A program made the translations under genes and the position numbers. The notes under the pieces were generated by a model. That model was not told the DNA's origin. It ran no database searches and saw nothing but the letters and a program-made list of their open reading frames with translations. From Nitrospirota bacterium (GTDB lineage: Bacteria > Nitrospirota > Nitrospiria > Nitrospirales > Nitrospiraceae), in NCBI GenBank assembly GCA_963703955.1, contig CAVPGK010000006.1:1-64000 (forward strand): a stretch of 64,000 nucleotides of DNA. Direction: 5' to 3'. Each line of letters begins with the position of its first letter. The first letter of the stretch is position 1. Of the stretch, positions 9,737-19,445 are shown piece after piece.

Positions 9737-10795
9737 GTGCGGAGAGTTTGTCTTTCAATCAGAGTGCTGGTCATAACCTCTGCGTTCCTCCTCTTTCTGC
9801 AGGAAACTTCCCTTCACGCCGCCCCGTCCGATGCGGCCATCCGACAGTATCAGCAAGGAGCGACCCTGTTCCAACGCGGCGATTATGACGGCGCCGTCGA
9901 CGCGTTGAAGAAGGCAGTGAGCCTCTCGCCGCAATTTGCCGAGGCCCATCATCTGCTGGGGGTCGTGTATTTCAAAGGCAAACGACAGCCGGCCGAGGCC
10001 ATCGAATCCATCAAGAAGGCGATCCAACTCAATCCAAAGTTTTCACAGGCCTATTACGATCTGGGTTTGATCTATAAGAGCCAGGGCAAATCCGCGGAGG
10101 CCGAACAGGCCTTCACCCGTGCCATTGAGCTGTCCCCTCGCTTCGAGGACGCGCATCTTGCCCTGGCCAAGCTGTATGAGCATGACCAGGAGACGGGGAA
10201 AGCGATTCAGGCATATCGGTCAGTGTTGGCCATCCGACCCGATCATCCCGAAGCTCTGTACAACCTTGGGAATCTGTACGACAGCCTGGGCGACACCCGC
10301 CAGGCCCGTGCGGTGCTGACGCAGCTTACCCACGCGATGCCGGAACACGCCGATGGTTGGTACCTTCTGGGGCGCATGGCAGAAAAGGACAATCGGCTGG
10401 CGGAAGCCACCGAGGCGTATCGACGGGCCATTGCCGCCAAACCGGACCTGGTGGATGCGCATTTTAATCTCGGCTTTATTTACCGGAGTGAAGGCAAGCC
10501 GGAAGAGGCCGCCAGGCAATTCCTTGAAGTGATTCGCTACAGACCGGAGTATGCGGAAGCGCACATGAATCTCGGCATCGTTTATGTGAGCCTCAACAAA
10601 CTGGACGCGGCGGAACAGGAGTATGAGAAAGCAATCGCGCTCAAACCGAACATGGCCGAGGCCCACTACAACCTCGGGGTGTTCTACGAACTGCAGCAGA
10701 AAGACGCAGTGAAGGCCCTCGTCCAATACAGGAAATATCTTGAGCTAGGAGGGAAGGACGAGCGTGTGGAGCGCATCGTGCGGCAAGGACAATAG
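9737..10795 (+). CDS. Exported tetratricopeptide-repeat protein
   Basis: Signal peptide followed by many TPR units such as AEAHHLLG, AYYDLG and AEAHYNLG. Confidence 0.88.
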   Translation: MRRVCLSIRVLVITSAFLLFLQETSLHAAPSDAAIRQYQQGATLFQRGDYDGAVDALKKAVSLSPQFAEAHHLLGVVYFKGKRQPAEAIESIKKAIQLNPKFSQAYYDLGLIYKSQGKSAEAEQAFTRAIELSPRFEDAHLALAKLYEHDQETGKAIQAYRSVLAIRPDHPEALYNLGNLYDSLGDTRQARAVLTQLTHAMPEHADGWYLLGRMAEKDNRLAEATEAYRRAIAAKPDLVDAHFNLGFIYRSEGKPEEAARQFLEVIRYRPEYAEAHMNLGIVYVSLNKLDAAEQEYEKAIALKPNMAEAHYNLGVFYELQQKDAVKALVQYRKYLELGGKDERVERIVRQGQ

Positions 10796-10871
10796 AAGGT
10801 GATGAATGCTGAATGATGAACAAGTCGATCGTTATCATTCATCACTCATCATTCCTCCTTTGCCGATTCCA

Positions 10872-11438
10872 TTACCACCAATAAGGATAACCCCAGCCTC
10901 CCCATCCCCAGTAGGGTCCCCTGTAGGGCCAGAACGGGCCGGGATAGTACGGGTAGTACGGGCGAAGCCGATATTGCTCGATCGGAGGCCAGACCGCTAA
11001 ACTTTTGATATCGAGGGTTGGATAGGTATATTGCGTCTCATCAAGCGGGAGCGTGGTAGCGCCCGTGATTTCCCCCGTCACCGTCACTCGCGTCCCGGAG
11101 GGAAACTTGGCGGGATCCAGAAAATCTTTTTGGATGGCCAAGAATCGTCCCTGTGAGGCCGTACGATTGTAGACCGGGTCCTGACCGTCTTCGAGCGGAA
11201 GCTGCAAGATTTCGAGTCGTGTGCCTTCCTTCAGCCGTTTGGCGGACAACACCTCGCCGCCCAGGACGACCAGGCGTCCTTGATAGGAGTCAGGCGACTC
11301 CTTCAGTTGGCTGAACGTCACGGTATGGTCAACCTGTGACTCGAGCGTGGAAGGTACGACGTCGTATGAACGTGAAGCGCAGCCACAGGCGAGAACTAGC
11401 AGGAACGACATGACCATCGAAATGCGGTAAGAGAACAT
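10872..11438 (-). CDS. slp: Slp-family outer membrane lipoprotein
   Basis: Lipobox LACGC, VVLGGEVL...LEILQLPL...GRFLA...FLDPA motifs, Tyr/Pro/Trp-rich tail. Start codon uncertain. Confidence 0.8.
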   Translation of the reverse strand: MFSYRISMVMSFLLVLACGCASRSYDVVPSTLESQVDHTVTFSQLKESPDSYQGRLVVLGGEVLSAKRLKEGTRLEILQLPLEDGQDPVYNRTASQGRFLAIQKDFLDPAKFPSGTRVTVTGEITGATTLPLDETQYTYPTLDIKSLAVWPPIEQYRLRPYYPYYPGPFWPYRGPYWGWGGWGYPYWW

Positions 11439-11513
11439 AGTACCATTATACTCAACGAGGCTACTGTACTCGACCGTAATCCGAAGAGTGGTCTCCATCA
11501 AAGGAGTGGGTCA

Positions 11514-12164
11514 ATGAGATGTGAACGATCAGGGATTGTTCGAGTGAAGGCCATCATCACCGTCAGTGTGGTAGGGCTCATGATGAGCGCATCCACTCTG
11601 TTGGCCTTGCCGGCAGGGATCAAAGGAAAATTCGTTGAACTCAACAAAGAGCCGTCCATCCACACACGCGGGAAGGTCAAGCTGACGGAGTTCGCGGACT
11701 TCTACTGCCCTCATTGCCATCTGTTCGAACAGGCCGCCATCCCCATTCTGGAGAAAGAATTCGGTGATCGCCTGGAGGTCATCATGGTCGGGTTTCCCGT
11801 CATTCCCGGTAAATTGCCGACGGCGTTCGATATGTACGAACAAGCCAAGACGATGGGCAAGGGGCCGGAGATGAAGCGGGTCCTATTCCGGACGATTCAC
11901 AAGGACCATATGCACGTCTTGGACAAGCTCATCCGTGAATCCCTTATTAAGGAAGTTGGGTTGGATCCGGTGGCATTCGAGGCGGGGATGGCCAGCGGGA
12001 AACCCGCCAGGGCCGTTGAAGCCGGCAAGGCGTGGGGCAAGCGCATCGACATTCAACAGACCCCCACCGTACTCCTTGACGGCAATATCAAAGCGGAGTC
12101 CATCGACCCCGAGAACCTCAAGACGATCATTCAGAGTATTCTGGATACGGACGGCAAGCGATAG
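11514..12164 (+). CDS. DsbA-like thioredoxin-fold protein
   Basis: EFADFYCPHC active site, QTPT cis-Pro loop, signal peptide. Confidence 0.82.
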   Translation: MRCERSGIVRVKAIITVSVVGLMMSASTLLALPAGIKGKFVELNKEPSIHTRGKVKLTEFADFYCPHCHLFEQAAIPILEKEFGDRLEVIMVGFPVIPGKLPTAFDMYEQAKTMGKGPEMKRVLFRTIHKDHMHVLDKLIRESLIKEVGLDPVAFEAGMASGKPARAVEAGKAWGKRIDIQQTPTVLLDGNIKAESIDPENLKTIIQSILDTDGKR

Positions 12165-12549
12165 CTTCTGGCCAGCTGCCTATGATCAAACCGGTCGATC
12201 AATCCTGATGGGTCTTATTGGACGATCTTACGCTGTGGGCCCAATGTAATCTCCCGACGGCGTGCCTGCTCCTCCCTTATCAACTTCCCCTCACACAGCC
12301 TCTCCGGTATCGACTCTCTCCCGCCTCGGTTTGGACCTTCTACGTCATTCCCTCAAACGGTTGGATCGGCAGTGTCGGCGGTTCCTCTGAGGGGACTCTC
12401 TGCCGGTCGAAGCCTTGAGAACTGGTCAGGGCAGTGGCTCATCGAGCCCGCGCTCTTCGTTGTTTACAGAGTCAGGTGGCGCCTTGTAACATCAAAAGAG
12501 TAAGTCGGTCATCACGGCATCGACGGTCCGTCCCAGAGGAAGATAGTTA

Positions 12550-13962
12550 GTGAGGAATATACTGAGCTCTCTCATCCTATCCCTTGTCGTTGTTCTTGTG
12601 GCATCTGGAGGAAGCCCCGCGAGCGGAGAAGGTCCGCCAAGCGGCTCCCCACCCGCTGTCGCCGATCTTCAGAGCCAAATCAAGACCACCGCGGTCAAGG
12701 TCATCCCCGCCGTCGTGAACATCGCCTCCACGGTATTGGTGCGCGAACCGGGGATCCTTGACGACGGTCCCCTATTCGGAACCCTGCCCATTCCGCCGCC
12801 GCACCGTCAGCACGGGCAAGGCTCAGGGGTCATCGTCACCTCGGATGGGTACATTATCACCAACAATCATGTGGTCTCCGACGCAGCCGATGTGGAGGTG
12901 CTCTTGGCGGATCGGCGCCAGTTCAAAGGCCGCGTCATTGCGACTGATCCGAAGACCGACGTCGCAGTCGTCAAGATCGATGGGACAGGATTGCCCACCA
13001 TTCCCTGGGGCGACTCAAGCCGGCTGGGTGTCGGGGATTTCGTGCTCGCGATCGGCAACCCGCTGGGACTCAACCAGACAGTGACGTTTGGCATCGTGAG
13101 CGCCGTCGGGCGGGCGGACATCGGGGTTGCCGACTATGAAGACTTTATCCAGATTGACGCGTCGATCAATCCGGGGAATTCCGGCGGGGCGCTCGTCAAC
13201 ATCAAGGGCGAATTGATCGGCATTAACACCGCGATTGTCAGCACGACCGGCGGCAGCGTCGGAGTCGGGTTTGCTATTCCCAGCAACATGGTTCGAACGG
13301 CCATGCAAAGCCTCATCAAGACCGGTCGCGTGGTCCGCGGTTTTCTTGGCGCGTCAACGCAGGACGTGACTCCCCTGCTAGGGAAGTTGTTCAAGTTGCC
13401 CGACGTGAAAGGCTCGATCATCACCGATCTCATGCCGAAGGGGTCTGCAGAAAAGGCCGGCCTGCGACGTGGAGACGTGGTCGTCCGATACGACGGGAAG
13501 GAGGTGGTTGACGCGGGCCGCCTTCAGAATTTTATCGGCAGCGCCCCCATCGGCAGTAGGCATCGCCTTGAGATCATCCGCGACGGGAAGCCGGAACAGG
13601 TTGATCTGGTTGTTCAGGAAGCGCCGCGCGAGCGTATCCAGGGAACACCTCTGGCGCCACGGGTGGAATCGTCCGGCAATCCCTTAGGAGGAGTCCTGGT
13701 CGAGGAGATCAAACCCGCTGTGGCTCGCCAGCTTGGCCTTGGTCCGGTCAGCGGCATTTTGGTCACCGGCGTAGAAGAAGATAGTTTGGCCGAAGCCGCA
13801 GGGCTACAACAAAACGACCTGATTGTCGAAGTGAACCACCAGCCGGTCCCCAACTTGTTCCTCTATCAGCGACTCGTGGAGCCGCTCAAATCCAAGGACC
13901 CCACGCTCCTCCTGATCAACCGCCAAGGCACATTCCTGTACGTGCCGATCGAAAGCGAGTGA
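12550..13962 (+). CDS. degP: Do/DegP/HtrA-family serine endopeptidase with two PDZ domains
   Basis: GSGVIV, TNNHVV, DVAVVKI, IQIDASINPGNSGGAL and two PDZ domains. Confidence 0.92.
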   Translation: MRNILSSLILSLVVVLVASGGSPASGEGPPSGSPPAVADLQSQIKTTAVKVIPAVVNIASTVLVREPGILDDGPLFGTLPIPPPHRQHGQGSGVIVTSDGYIITNNHVVSDAADVEVLLADRRQFKGRVIATDPKTDVAVVKIDGTGLPTIPWGDSSRLGVGDFVLAIGNPLGLNQTVTFGIVSAVGRADIGVADYEDFIQIDASINPGNSGGALVNIKGELIGINTAIVSTTGGSVGVGFAIPSNMVRTAMQSLIKTGRVVRGFLGASTQDVTPLLGKLFKLPDVKGSIITDLMPKGSAEKAGLRRGDVVVRYDGKEVVDAGRLQNFIGSAPIGSRHRLEIIRDGKPEQVDLVVQEAPRERIQGTPLAPRVESSGNPLGGVLVEEIKPAVARQLGLGPVSGILVTGVEEDSLAEAAGLQQNDLIVEVNHQPVPNLFLYQRLVEPLKSKDPTLLLINRQGTFLYVPIESE

Positions 13963-14180
13963 GGAGAGCGGATGGCCCGGTGTAACCTTCGTCAGTTTTA
14001 TCCGAACCGGACTTGAGGGCACGTTTCGACCTCAGGGTTTCGCCAACCTCAAGATTGACCTCCGGTTGAACTTCCTTCCGGCGCCCCCTCGTCTGATACG
14101 CAGCGACGGGTCTGCCCGGAAGGACACTAACAAACTTCCGCTTCTTCCACCATCGCAATAAGGCGACCATCGGAAAACGC

Positions 14181-14238
14181 TTGACTGAATTGATTGCCGA
14201 TGATAAGTTCAGTGCCACCTTTATTATTTTCGTGTTAC
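14181..14238 (+). promoter_or_regulatory. nikR promoter with overlapping candidate NikR operator
   Basis: TTGACT-17 nt-TAAGTT with extended TG. GTGCCAC-N13-GTGTTAC at 14212-14238 spans the expected start site. Confidence 0.65.
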
Positions 14239-14259
14239 GCAACCTGTGATGATAGGGTC

Positions 14260-14676
14260 ATGAAGAAACTGGTGCGGTTCGGCGTCTCACTGGATCATCA
14301 CCTCTTGGACGGTTTCGACCGAGCGATCGCGCGGAAAAAGTACACGAACCGCTCCGAGGCGCTCCGAGATCTGATCCGGGACAACCTGGTCGGCCAGGAG
14401 TGGGACACTAACAAGGAAACCGTCGGCACGATCACGATCGTCTATGACCATCACGTCCACGATCTCACCGACAAGCTCACCGATATTCAACATCGGCATC
14501 ACCGGCTGATTCTCTCGGCCATGCACGTCCATCTGGATCACGATCATTGCCTGGAGGTCTTAGTCGTGCGCGGCAAGGGGACCGAGATCAAGAAGGTCTC
14601 GGACATCTTGATCGGTACCAAAGGCGTCAAACACGGCAAGCTTACGATGACGACGACCGGAAAGGGCCTCAGTTAA
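14260..14676 (+). CDS. nikR: Nickel-responsive transcriptional regulator NikR
   Basis: Ribbon-helix-helix start RFGVSLD...[11 protein letters not shown] and nickel site [12 protein letters not shown]. Confidence 0.95.
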   Translation: MKKLVRFGVSLDHHLLDGFDRAIARKKYTNRSEALRDLIRDNLVGQEWDTNKETVGTITIVYDHHVHDLTDKLTDIQHRHHRLILSAMHVHLDHDHCLEVLVVRGKGTEIKKVSDILIGTKGVKHGKLTMTTTGKGLS

Positions 14677-14682
14677 CTAACC

Positions 14683-15114
14683 ATGCGTATCTGCGTGGTC
14701 GATGGCCGAGGTGGAGGATTGGGCAGCCGATTGATCGAGCGCTTGGTGTCGGTCATCGACCGGACTCATGACATCTTGGGTTTAGGAACGAACAGGATGG
14801 CGGCGCAGGCCATGGCCAAAGCCGGCGCCACGCAGGTCGTGGTCGGCGAATGGGCGATCATGCGGACGGTCCAGGAGGCGGACCTTATTGTGGGATCGCT
14901 CAACATCGTGCTTGCAGGATCCCTCCTAGGAGAGGTGACCGCCGAAGTGGCAACCGCTATTCTTAAGGCCCCAGGCCGAAAGCTCCTCTTACCGGTCAAT
15001 CGTCTGAAGGTCGAAGTGGTCGGAGCGGACGTCCCTCTTGAGCCGCTCATCGAACAAGCAGTCCAACGCGTGCAGACGATATGCACTGACGGCGCCTCTA
15101 GCAGTCTTCTCTAA
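14683..15114 (+). CDS. DUF3842-family protein
   Basis: MRICVVDGRGGGLG...LGTN..AAQAMAKAGA...GE...LLGEVT...KLLLPVN pattern. Confidence 0.75.
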   Translation: MRICVVDGRGGGLGSRLIERLVSVIDRTHDILGLGTNRMAAQAMAKAGATQVVVGEWAIMRTVQEADLIVGSLNIVLAGSLLGEVTAEVATAILKAPGRKLLLPVNRLKVEVVGADVPLEPLIEQAVQRVQTICTDGASSSLL

Positions 15115-15223
15115 ACCATCCCGCTACAGCCAGATCACGAGGGTCTGCGCCGGCTGCAAAACAGCCGCACGACGACCATTGTAAGCGTCTTCCCCACCCT
15201 AGAGATGTTCATCAGAGGAAGGA

Positions 15224-17284
15224 TTGATGAGACGTCTTCAGGTGCCCCGGCAACTATTCCTCGTACTGGCTCACCTCGCGATCCTCTCGGAGGTGTCATG
15301 GGGGCACGAACCGGACGACGCCATCACCATTCCCGAGGTGCCGGTGACGGCGGAGCGGCCGGTCGCCGCGTCGTCTCAACAGTTTATTCCTGATAAGGAA
15401 ATCCTGCTTCAACCCCAGGGACGCCCGGCTCAAGTCTTGCGCCTCATTCCAGGATTCGTCGCCGTTGAGCATTCAGGCGGCGCAGGCAAAGCGGACCAGT
15501 ACTTCTTGCGAGGCTTTGATGCCGATCATGGCACGGATGTCGCGTTCTTTGCCGACAACATGCCGATCAATCTTCGGACCCACGGACACGGCCAGGGGTA
15601 CACCGACCTCAATTTCATCATCCCGGAGACGATCCAGGGCCTAGACGTGGTGAAAGGAACCTACCACCCGGAATTTGGAGACTTCACGACCGCCGGCGCG
15701 GTGACGTTCAAGAGCCGAGATGTCTTGAAGGAAAACGTGGTGCAAGCGGTGGGCGGCATGTGGGATACGCAGCGCTATCTGCTCATGCTGTCGCCCACGA
15801 AGGACAAGGTACGAACGTTGTTGGCGGCCGAGGGCTATTATACGAACGGTCCCTTCGAGAACGACAATCGATACTTCCGGTTCAACGTGTTCGGTAAAGC
15901 CACGTTCAACCCGACGGTTCGGTCCGAATTCAGTGTGACTGGGTCCTATCACCAGGGAAAGTGGAACGCCTCCGGGGAAATCCCTTTTCGAGCCGTGACA
16001 GACGGCACCATCGATCGCTTCGGGTCTATCGATCCGAGTGAAGGAGGGAGCACGCAGCGGGCGACCGGTCGACTGCAATACCACTACGATACGACCTCCG
16101 GCGGCCGGTTCTTTGCCGATGCCTACGGAATGTATTACAACCTGAACCTCTTTACCAATTTCACCTTTTTTCTGAACGATGAGGAAAATGGTGACGGCAT
16201 TAATCAACAAGACCGACGCACCATGGTTGGGGGGAATCTGGGATACCGGCAAGCGGGAGATCTCTTCGGCATTCACAGCGCCGCGACCGTGGGGGTTCAG
16301 GTCCGTAACGACACCATCCCCAATATTCGGCTCGGGACGCAGACCAAGCGGAATCCGACCGGGACCATCATCCAGAGCGCGGTTGAAGAGGCCTCCTATT
16401 CCCCGTTCCTGAAACTCGAATTTCAGCCGACATCGTGGATGCGGCTTGCCGGGGGGGTTCGAGCCGACTACTTTACATTTGATGTTCGCAACACCTGCGA
16501 CACTTGTCCCGAGCAGCCGGCCGGCCGGAAGGATTCAGGTCAGGTCAGCCCCAAGGTCAACCTGATTCTGGGCCCCTGGGCCAACACCGAATTGTTCGCC
16601 AACTGGGGCGTCGGGTTTCACAGTAATGACGCTCGATCCACGGTCGTCGATGCCAGCACTCCACTGGCCCGGGCGCAAGGCGCTGAATTCGGCATTCGAT
16701 CCAGGCCCTGGGGGCCGGACCGGATGGAGCTGATCGCCACCTTCTGGACATTGAATCTGGCGTCCGAGCTCGTGTTCGTGGGCGACGAAGGGACGACCGA
16801 AGCGCGGGGGCCGACGCAACGCTACGGCGTCGAGGTCGCAGCGCGGGGGCAGGTGTGGGGTCCGCTCTACTTCAATAGCAGCTTCACGTGGACCCACGCC
16901 CAATTCGAAAACGGCGATGCGATCCCCCTGGCCCCCGAGCTGACGGCGTATGCCGCCGCTATTCTCCGATGGCCGGAGGGGTTGTCTTCACAACTCCAAA
17001 TGACCTACCTCGGAGTCAGGCCTCTCATCGAGGACCGGAGCATTAATGCCCCGTCGTGGATCGACTTTGACCTGACCGAGCGCTATTTGATCCCACTGAA
17101 GCTTCCGCACGGGCATCTCGAAGCGATCCTCTTTATCCAAAATCTCTTCAATACCAACTGGGAGCAAGCGACGTTTGCCTTCACATCCCGTCTGCCCAAC
17201 GAGCCGTCGGGCGGGGTACAGGACATCCACTTCGTGCCGGGCAATCCGCGGTTTGTGATGGGTGGCCTGGCGTGGTATTTTTAG
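15224..17284 (+). CDS. TonB-dependent receptor, probably Ni/Co uptake
   Basis: EVPVTA TonB box, His-containing plug HSGGAGKADQYFLRGFDADHGTD...RTHGHGQGY, C-terminal WYF. Co-oriented downstream of nikR. Confidence 0.9.
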   Translation: MMRRLQVPRQLFLVLAHLAILSEVSWGHEPDDAITIPEVPVTAERPVAASSQQFIPDKEILLQPQGRPAQVLRLIPGFVAVEHSGGAGKADQYFLRGFDADHGTDVAFFADNMPINLRTHGHGQGYTDLNFIIPETIQGLDVVKGTYHPEFGDFTTAGAVTFKSRDVLKENVVQAVGGMWDTQRYLLMLSPTKDKVRTLLAAEGYYTNGPFENDNRYFRFNVFGKATFNPTVRSEFSVTGSYHQGKWNASGEIPFRAVTDGTIDRFGSIDPSEGGSTQRATGRLQYHYDTTSGGRFFADAYGMYYNLNLFTNFTFFLNDEENGDGINQQDRRTMVGGNLGYRQAGDLFGIHSAATVGVQVRNDTIPNIRLGTQTKRNPTGTIIQSAVEEASYSPFLKLEFQPTSWMRLAGGVRADYFTFDVRNTCDTCPEQPAGRKDSGQVSPKVNLILGPWANTELFANWGVGFHSNDARSTVVDASTPLARAQGAEFGIRSRPWGPDRMELIATFWTLNLASELVFVGDEGTTEARGPTQRYGVEVAARGQVWGPLYFNSSFTWTHAQFENGDAIPLAPELTAYAAAILRWPEGLSSQLQMTYLGVRPLIEDRSINAPSWIDFDLTERYLIPLKLPHGHLEAILFIQNLFNTNWEQATFAFTSRLPNEPSGGVQDIHFVPGNPRFVMGGLAWYF

Positions 17285-17334
17285 GCGGCTGCTTTAGAGG
17301 GGCGCGGCATGTGGGGATTCGATGTGAAAACATC

Positions 17335-17985
17335 ATGAGAGAGAACATTCTTGGACGACGATATTTCAATCGCCCGACGCTACAGGTGGCACGTGGCCTG
17401 CTCGGCAAATACCTCGTTCGAACTGATGGGCACGGAACATTGACAGGCCGGATTGTTGAAGTCGAAGCCTATGTCGGGCCGCATGATCTCGCGTGTCATG
17501 CTTCCCGTGGCCGCACGAAACGCACGGACGTCCTGTTCGGCCCGCCCGGCATCGCTTACGTGTACCTGATTTATGGCATGTATCATTGTTTGAACGTGGT
17601 AACCGAGCGAGAGGGATATCCGGCTGCCGTGCTCATCCGAGCGGTTGATCTGAACGCTTCAGCGGTGGAAACGAATGGAATCGGAAAATCACCCGAGGCG
17701 CTCATCAGTGGACCCGGACGGGTCTGTCGGGCACTTTCCGTTGATCTTGAGCTGAACCGTTGGGATTTAACGGTCGGGCGCAAACTTTGGATCGAAGATC
17801 GCGGTGAACGAACTCCAACTTCTCACGTCATCGCATCCCCCCGTATCGGCGTGGACTATGCCGGAGAATGGGCGGCCAAACCATGGCGGTTCCTACTCTC
17901 GTACCACGCACGCCGCCCCACCAAACGGGCGATTAGAGGTTATCGCCGACCAAACCGTCAGTCGAATCAAAAGAAGCGACAGTGA
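17335..17985 (+). CDS. mpg: DNA-3-methyladenine glycosylase (MPG/AAG family)
   Basis: GRIVEVEAY, AYVYLIYGMYHCLNVV, AVLIRA, GPGRVC, RIGV and PWRF motifs. Confidence 0.9.
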   Translation: MRENILGRRYFNRPTLQVARGLLGKYLVRTDGHGTLTGRIVEVEAYVGPHDLACHASRGRTKRTDVLFGPPGIAYVYLIYGMYHCLNVVTEREGYPAAVLIRAVDLNASAVETNGIGKSPEALISGPGRVCRALSVDLELNRWDLTVGRKLWIEDRGERTPTSHVIASPRIGVDYAGEWAAKPWRFLLSYHARRPTKRAIRGYRRPNRQSNQKKRQ

Positions 17986-18015
17986 AACCCGCCTGTCTCT
18001 GAGTAGGGTCGATTA

Positions 18016-18201
18016 TCAATGGTCATGCATGTGATGATCGTCATGGCCATGCTGGTGCGAGTGCGTGACAGCCGCATGGGTATGCCCATGAGCATGTTGG
18101 GTCTCGCCGTCGGGATGCGGATGGTTATGATGATCATCGTGTGAATGCTCGTGCGAATGGGTCGTTGCTTTGTGAGCATGGGCATGTTGATGATCAGCCA
18201 T
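18016..18201 (-). CDS. Small histidine-rich protein (61 aa, 24 His), putative metal storage or chaperone
   Basis: GAGGTG RBS before the ATG, HxHxH runs, own promoter TTGAAA-17-GATAAT at 18241-18269. Confidence 0.75.
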   Translation of the reverse strand: MADHQHAHAHKATTHSHEHSHDDHHNHPHPDGETQHAHGHTHAAVTHSHQHGHDDHHMHDH

Positions 18202-18298
18202 GTTGGCACCTCGCTGAAAAAATGGTCGCTGTTGCGGAGGATTATCCCACCGTGCAACGACAATTTCAACGCCGTCGAGCTCACCACCCTTAAGGCCT

Positions 18299-19351
18299 TC
18301 ATACTCCATGCGTATCCGATTTCATCAGTTCACGGAGCACGCTGGTCGCATACGCACCGGGCGGAAGGCCGAAAGAAAGCCTCAAGGTTGAGCCGTGGAG
18401 GGACCAGGCCGGTTCTTCCAACCTGACACGCAAGGGCCGGCGCTCGCCCCGGAACCCGCATTCCGCTCCCGCCTGCGACAAAGATTCTGGTGTTTCGCCC
18501 GCTTCCGTGACGACCCTTCGTTCCAGTTCACCCGGCTCGCCGGCGGCCCATGGCGCGCGCGACCCAAAAAGCGGACCGGTCGGGCTGATCTCAAACCGAT
18601 CCGCACGGGCCTGTTCAGCCTCAACCGTTTCGACTTGGAAACAAGCTCCGTTCTCATGTTTCATCGCCCAGTCCCCAACGAGGATACAATCGAGTCGGCG
18701 GATCCGAGCCGCCAGGATTTGATTGAACAGGAAGGACTGATAGGCGTGAAGGAACCACAAGCGTTGTTGCCGCGATATGCGGGCCCGTCGGCGCGCGTCA
18801 TGGAGGAGCGCGGCGCCCTTTTCATGGTTCAGGCCGTCGCGACCCTGACGCTGAGGACCGAAATAATTCGGCACGCCCCGTCTGGCTAATTCGTCCAGGA
18901 CGGCGGGAACGGAGGCCGCGGCCGCTGAGGGGACCTCCCGAACAACAAGGTCAAATCGGTTGCCGGCATGGTGGCCCGTCCTCAAGCGATTACGATGTCG
19001 CCCCAATACCTCGACCGCAAGAATCCGAGGATCGCTTTGTACCCGAGCAATCGTATCCGGTTGGACGCCTTGCACGGACACCATCTGGGTGGTGACGGCA
19101 TGGGCATCCTTGAGACCGGCGACGCCGATGCAGCGGGCCTTCACTCCAAGAATGGAGGCGAAGTGTGAGACCATCCGCGGTGTGGACAGCCCGCGTTTCG
19201 TGACGCGCACGTACAGATGTTCGCCGCTTCCACACGGTAGATACAGGGGGCGCTCCTCGACACGAAAATCCTCCGGCTGGCTACGAATGATTCCCCCGAT
19301 GCCGCTCACGGCACCCGTCAAGAAGGGAAGAGCTTCATCGTTCATGGTCAT
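18299..19351 (-). CDS. truD: tRNA pseudouridine(13) synthase TruD
   Basis: PEDFRVEE, AGLKDAHAVTTQ, GNRF, PNYFGPQR, AYQSFLFN and LPPGAYATSVLREL. Confidence 0.93.
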   Translation of the reverse strand: MTMNDEALPFLTGAVSGIGGIIRSQPEDFRVEERPLYLPCGSGEHLYVRVTKRGLSTPRMVSHFASILGVKARCIGVAGLKDAHAVTTQMVSVQGVQPDTIARVQSDPRILAVEVLGRHRNRLRTGHHAGNRFDLVVREVPSAAAASVPAVLDELARRGVPNYFGPQRQGRDGLNHEKGAALLHDARRRARISRQQRLWFLHAYQSFLFNQILAARIRRLDCILVGDWAMKHENGACFQVETVEAEQARADRFEISPTGPLFGSRAPWAAGEPGELERRVVTEAGETPESLSQAGAECGFRGERRPLRVRLEEPAWSLHGSTLRLSFGLPPGAYATSVLRELMKSDTHGV

Positions 19352-19445
19352 TGCGCAGTTTAGTGATCCTCCGAACAGTCAAGCTGATGGACCGGTCATG
19401 AGGATACTCTCCCGTGCTATACTGCTGGCAGCCCCCTTGGGAGCC

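Noticed and set aside
12165..12549. CsrB/Rsm-like sRNA (GGA-rich minus strand) or small ORF
   Set aside because: The GGA motifs are not clearly in hairpin loops, and I found no promoter-terminator pair or credible ORF.
13985..14045. Hammerhead ribozyme (CTGACGA and GAAAC on the minus strand)
   Set aside because: Stems I-III cannot be formed around the core nucleotides.
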